From positions 71,052,001 through 71,116,000 of the forward strand of contig OY740787.1 in assembly GCA_963514005.1 (NCBI GenBank): 64,000 nucleotides of DNA, in the 5' to 3' direction. Below the pieces are notes generated by a model that was not told where the DNA came from, searched no databases, and saw only the letters and a list, made by a program, of their open reading frames with translations. Within the stretch, counting starts at the first letter, position 1; each line of letters opens with the position of its first letter. Source of the DNA: Raja brachyura. Lineage: Eukaryota. A program made the position numbers and the translations under genes. This document shows positions 56,601-62,600 of the stretch, piece by piece.

Positions 56601-59600
56601 CCTGTGACAACGCTTCTAAAATGCACTGTAGAACCAGGTAAGCTTTCCTGGGACATAGGTTTTTCTATAAAACTTGGAGGCTCTGAAAGTCAGGTGGAAA
56701 AAATACAATTGGTTCCCAAGAGTACATTGTTTATACTGCATTGTATATATTTTTTTAAAAAGTTACTAATAAAATAAGAAATTACAATAAGTTGTAATCA
56801 AATTTTAAGCTCTAAATATAGTAGCTTTCCTTAGAAGCAAAAATTAAAAAAAAAGTATATAAATACAAAAAAGATATAAATTAAGCTGGAAGCAAATTCA
56901 TCTTTCAAACCTGTTATATTTAAGAAAGCACTGCATTCATCACTTCCCACTGAATTGGTTGCTTTGCAAATATAAGTTCCATGATCTGAAATCTCTAGTT
57001 GATTCACTTCCAAAGTTGTTGTGTTATCCTGAGATAATATTTTGTATTTCTCATTAGTTGTTATTGAAATGTGATCTTTATACCATGAGAAGCTCATTGG
57101 AAGAGAACCAGAAGCTTTGCATTCCATTTGTATGAAAGACCCTAAAACACTGTTCATTTTGCGTGATTTTCGTTTAAACAATGGGGGAATTAGTTGATCT
57201 ATACAAGGTAAAATGATAAAAGCACAGACAATCAATTCATAGAGCAAATATTAAAATTAATCAAAATCTATAATGCTTTTTAAAGTTTTAAGAATGATCA
57301 TGTGTATTTATATATTGATATGATATATTGAGTGACTACTGAAAGCCAAAATTAATTTCAAATTTCTCACAGCAGTTGCTCTTAGATATCCCATCATCAT
57401 TAATTTCCAATTGGAAAGTTATAACATTATCTTTATATAAATTTGTCTTTTATGCGATTGCGATGTCCTTATTTAATAGCCATTATTTTAAATGCATTAG
57501 TTATGTAGATTAGCTGACTTCCAATTGTAAATAAAATACTAACCTAATACTGTCAATGAAGCTTTACAGCTGCTCATTCCAAACTGATTCTTGATTTCAA
57601 AAGTATATTCAGCAGTGTCATCATTAGACACAGAAGAAATCTTTATGCTGACCACATTATTCTCAAAGCTGATTCTGTGCTTTCGACAAGACACCATTTC
57701 GTTACCATCTTTAAAACATTTAACATTTAGTTCTGGTGTACCGGTTACAGCACATTCCAGGCTTGCTGTATTTCCTGCCGTCACACTGATTGACTGTGCT
57801 TGTTCTGTGATTTTTGCTGGTTCTATGAGAATAAAAATCTCTTTTATATGTCATTAGCATTCATTTAATTTTGGTCAATGCATGGCAAAATACCTGAATA
57901 GAATTATAATGAGAAAAATTGAATGCAGGGAAATAACAAGCTATTAATTGCCTACTGACCTGCTACCAACAATGTGGCAAAGCACTTCTCAGTCCCTGCG
58001 TCATTCTTGACCTGGCACGTGTACTTTCCAGCATGATTTTCTCCAACAGCATTTATTTGAAGAGTAGCAATATTATTCTCAAAAGACAAAGTAATATTAC
58101 CATCTTCTTCGATAACATCTTTATCTTTCATCCAAGTTAAATAAATAGGCTTTGAGCCTTTTACTTGACTGTGAAATACAACTGAATTGCCTGATACTGA
58201 TGTTATATTTTCAATCTTCTTTATAAATCCTGGGGGTTCTAGTTTAAAATAAATAATAACATGACTAAATGGAGTTATATCACCTTTTCATGACAGTTTA
58301 CAAATAGTTCAGTGTTGAATTTCCAAGTAAATAATTAAATGATTCTGCCATCATCATACACTTTAGAAGGAAATATTTTCTGATGGACTTGTGAAACTGA
58401 CCTTTCAAACTGACTGTAGAACTGCAGGAACAACACCCCACATCATTTTGTACGATGCACTTGTATTCACCAACATCTGTGGTATCAGAATTTAGAATGC
58501 AAACACTAACTAAAGAACCGTCAGAGATCATTTTGTATTTTTTACTACGTCGAATTTGTTTATTGTCTTTATACCACATAACTTCAAAGGGAGCTGTACC
58601 AGCCACCTCACATTCAAGAGAAATATCACTGGATTTAACTATCTCAGTGGATTGAAGTTTTCGTATAAAGCTTGGTGGTTCTAAAAAGTAATCACAATAA
58701 AAAACATCTTAATGAATCAAGATACTATCAGTATCCCTGAACAAGAAAGTAAAGAATTTATAGTCTCAATGAATTATTACAGACCTTTAACTTCAACTTC
58801 AGTGCTGCAGCTCTCACTACCAGCTTCATTTTGTGCCTCACAGATGTAGCACGCACTGTCATCCAGAATCACATCAATAATCTCAAGAACTGCCACAGCA
58901 TCATCAAATGTCATCATAAACTTTTCACTGGCCATAATTTCATCGCCATTTTTGTACCACGTAACTTTAATGTTAGGTGTGCCCCTTAAACTGCACTCAA
59001 AATGTGCTGAAACTCCTTTTTTTAGGACGGTTGGCGATTGCAGCTTTTTAATGAAGCTTGGAGGTTCTAAAAGCCAAAATATTATAAATTTCAACATACA
59101 TTTATACGGTAATCAAAACCAACTCAAACGAATGTGTATGCATAAATAATTGGCCACAAAACACTAATCAAATTCTCCAAACCTACTCAAATTGAGCCCC
59201 CTCTTAACATCAGGGAAACAATATTCCTTTCTTCATGTTCCCCATAACTGCATCCAGTAAAATTGTTTATTTCTCAGTCATGTGATGTGATACCAGGCTA
59301 TAAGAATCCTTAAAATCTCCATCATTGTCTTTAATTTCACTGAGGAAAATTCGCCTTTTTGTTTCCTGAAGCTAGACAGAATTCTCCACCACTAAATCGT
59401 GCTCTATCTTGCAGTTAATGGAGAATCTCCAGGACTTCCAAAAGCATTGAGTCTGACAATCAACTGACATTTGAATGCCACAAGGCCACCAAGCCCACTT
59501 CTTTCTTGCAAGTATGCATTTCTTTGGCAATATCCAGTCAACCATCAGGAAGATAAAATGTTGTTGTTAAACGTACGAGGTAACAAACACCGTCAAGAAA

Positions 59601-62600
59601 ACAAAATAACGTAACTACATTTTCAAGGTAACAAAGCAAAAAAAAAATGTATACAACTCACAACAGAGTATAAAAAGCCAGAATTGCGCACCTTTAACAA
59701 AGATATTTGCAGAACAGTCATCTGTACCAACTTCGTTGCTAACTTGGCAGGTGTAGCTACCCGTATCAGATATTTTGGCTGAGAGCAATTCTAGAAAGTA
59801 TGTCGAGCCTTCATTCCAAATAGAATATGCCACACCATGCATCAATTCTCTGTCCCCTTTGAACCATTTTGTGGCTAGTGGTGTGCTTCCTTTCACAACA
59901 CCCCTAAATTGTACCGTAGAACCGAGTATAACTTCTTGAGACATTATTTTATCTATAAAGCTTGGGGGTTCTAAAAATCAATTAAAAAAGATTCAATTAA
60001 CTCAGATTCAAATTTAAACTAGAAAAAATGATCAGATTAAATTTAACTTTTCAAATTAGATGCACTAATACATTCTTTAAAAGTCGAAGTGTTCTTAAAA
60101 TAACGATAGATGATTAATTCATTTATTTAACTACTTCAGTACTTTGTCAAACTACATATAGAAACTCTTTGTAAAGAATGTATTTACATTTGAGAAAGGC
60201 ATGTAGGAAAGCAACTATTCAAACCTTTTATACTTAAGACAGCACTGCATTCATCCTTTCCTGCTGAATTTGCTACTTTGCAAACGTAAATTCCACCATC
60301 TGAAAAGTCTAGTTCATTGATTTCCAATGAGATTGTGTTCTCTTGAAATAGCATCTTGTATTTGTTACTAGCTGATATTTCTTTGTCCTCTTTACACCAA
60401 GTTATATTCATTGGAATAGAACCAGAAACTTTGCTTTCCATTCGCACAAAATACCCTAAAGTACTGCCCACGTCCTTTAATTTTCTTGTAAACAACGGAG
60501 GAATTATTTGTTCTGCTCAACATAAAGAAACAAAATGATTTTTTTTTAAATGATGTACTTCTAACTTTGTAATAAACTATGGCAATCAAAAGAGACAAAA
60601 CATAAGAGACAAAATATAAGAGACAAAACATCAACACAATTTGCATACTGACCTATCACGGTCAAAGAAATATTACATTTGTTGGCTCCAAACTCATTCT
60701 GGACTTCAAAAGTATAGTCTCCACTGTCGTTTATGTCAACAGACAACAATTTTAGACAGGCCACCTTATTCACAAAACTCAATCTACATCTTCTGTTTGT
60801 TTCTAGCTGCTTTCCATTTTTGAACCATGCAACATTTAATACTGGTGTTCCAGCTACTGTACATTCCAGAATAGCTGGATTTCCTGAAGTTACTGTGAGA
60901 GGCTCAGTTTTTTCTGTGATATTTGCAGGTTCTGTGGGAAAAATATATTATTTACATCAAAAATTAAGCAATATTTTTGCAAGATTATGATTATAGATTT
61001 TGTGGAGAATAGACATCACTGTGGATTTGTAGGTCTCTTGATGGTTCAAATCTTTAAATCTAGATAATACTACGATAATAAATGTTTCTACTGCATGCTG
61101 ACTGAATGTGTTCCTTGTTAATACGTTCACCATACAGTGCCTCAAAAAACAGATATTATAGGGAAAATAATAAAACAAACTATTATATTGGAAGCACTTT
61201 TACTAAGATTTGTCAATGGCATGTACAAGATAAGAAGGACCTACATTCCAAATATTACCAAGCAACCTAGTAAATGGCTACTCTATATGGAAAATGTTCC
61301 CATTGTTAACCATAATATAACATATTTACTTTAATATTCATATAATTCATTCAAAAATGTTAATAATATTACTACGAGAAATACTCAAATCAAAATCAAT
61401 ACTTTGTGGGCAATATTTATGTTTATAATTTCCTACTAACCCATTACAGCCAATGTGGCAAAGCATTTTGCTGTTCCTGCATCATTTTTTGCCTGACAAA
61501 TATAATTTCCACTGTGATTTTCTTCAGCCTTGATGATCTGTAATGTGGCCATATTGTTTTGAAAGGAAATTTTAATATTATCATCCTCTTTGATACGTTT
61601 GTCATCTTTTCTCCAGCTTGTAATTATAGGAACTGAGCCTCTTACAAGACATTGAAATACAGCAGAATTTCCAGAAAATACTGTTGCATTTTCTATTGTT
61701 TGCTCGAAGGCTGGTCGCTCTAGTTTAAATTAAAGAGAATATACCACGTTATAACTTAAATTGAAACTACTAATATTTAATCATTTAAAGTATTCTGCTT
61801 TAAAACATACAATATTACATAATTAAATAAATACCAAACAACATCTAGTTAAGAGTTCTTCTTAGAACTGACCTTTCAAATTGACTGCAGAACTACTGGA
61901 ACAACTTCCCACATCATTCTTTACCATGCACTTGTATTCCCCAACATCCGAGCCATCAGTTGTTAGAATGCAAAGACTGACCAAAGAACTGTCAGAGATC
62001 ATTTTGTATTTTTTGCTTCGCCGTATTTGTTTATTGTCCTTATACCACAAAACTTCAAAAGGAGCTGTACCAGCCACCTCACATTCAAGAATAACATCAC
62101 TGGCTTTAACTACCTCAACAGGTTCAAGTTCCTTTGTAAATGTGGGAGATTCTGAAGAGTAAACATGATATCATGATTTACAAATCATAGCCCACTTTTT
62201 CCAAGTTTACACAATGTCTCTCGTAAAAAGCCATTGGCAGCAAGAATGTTACGATGCATAAACGATTAAAATAGCAATTTAGTTATCTCCGGAACAGCAT
62301 GCCCATTGCAACTGCCAATGAATAAATGCAATAGTATAATACTGCTAAGTCTGAGGTGATGCACCTTCGAAGGGCTAATAAAGGGCAGGACATATGGAAT
62401 GCAATGAAAATACCTGATGGGAGTACTTAAAATAGAGAGATCTCAATGTACAAATCTAAGGATTCTTGAAGTGGCATATTTAATACATGGCTTCATTAAC
62501 TAGGACGTGATACAAGAGCAGAGATATTTTGGTTAAATATGCTTAATTTTGCTTAACCAGTGGAACTGGTTAAGCCCCACCCAGAGCAGAGGCACAGTTC

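Noticed and set aside
23501-62162. Many 60-140-aa plus-strand ORFs overlapping Ig exons
   Set aside because: Antisense shadows of titin codons with no independent coding signal
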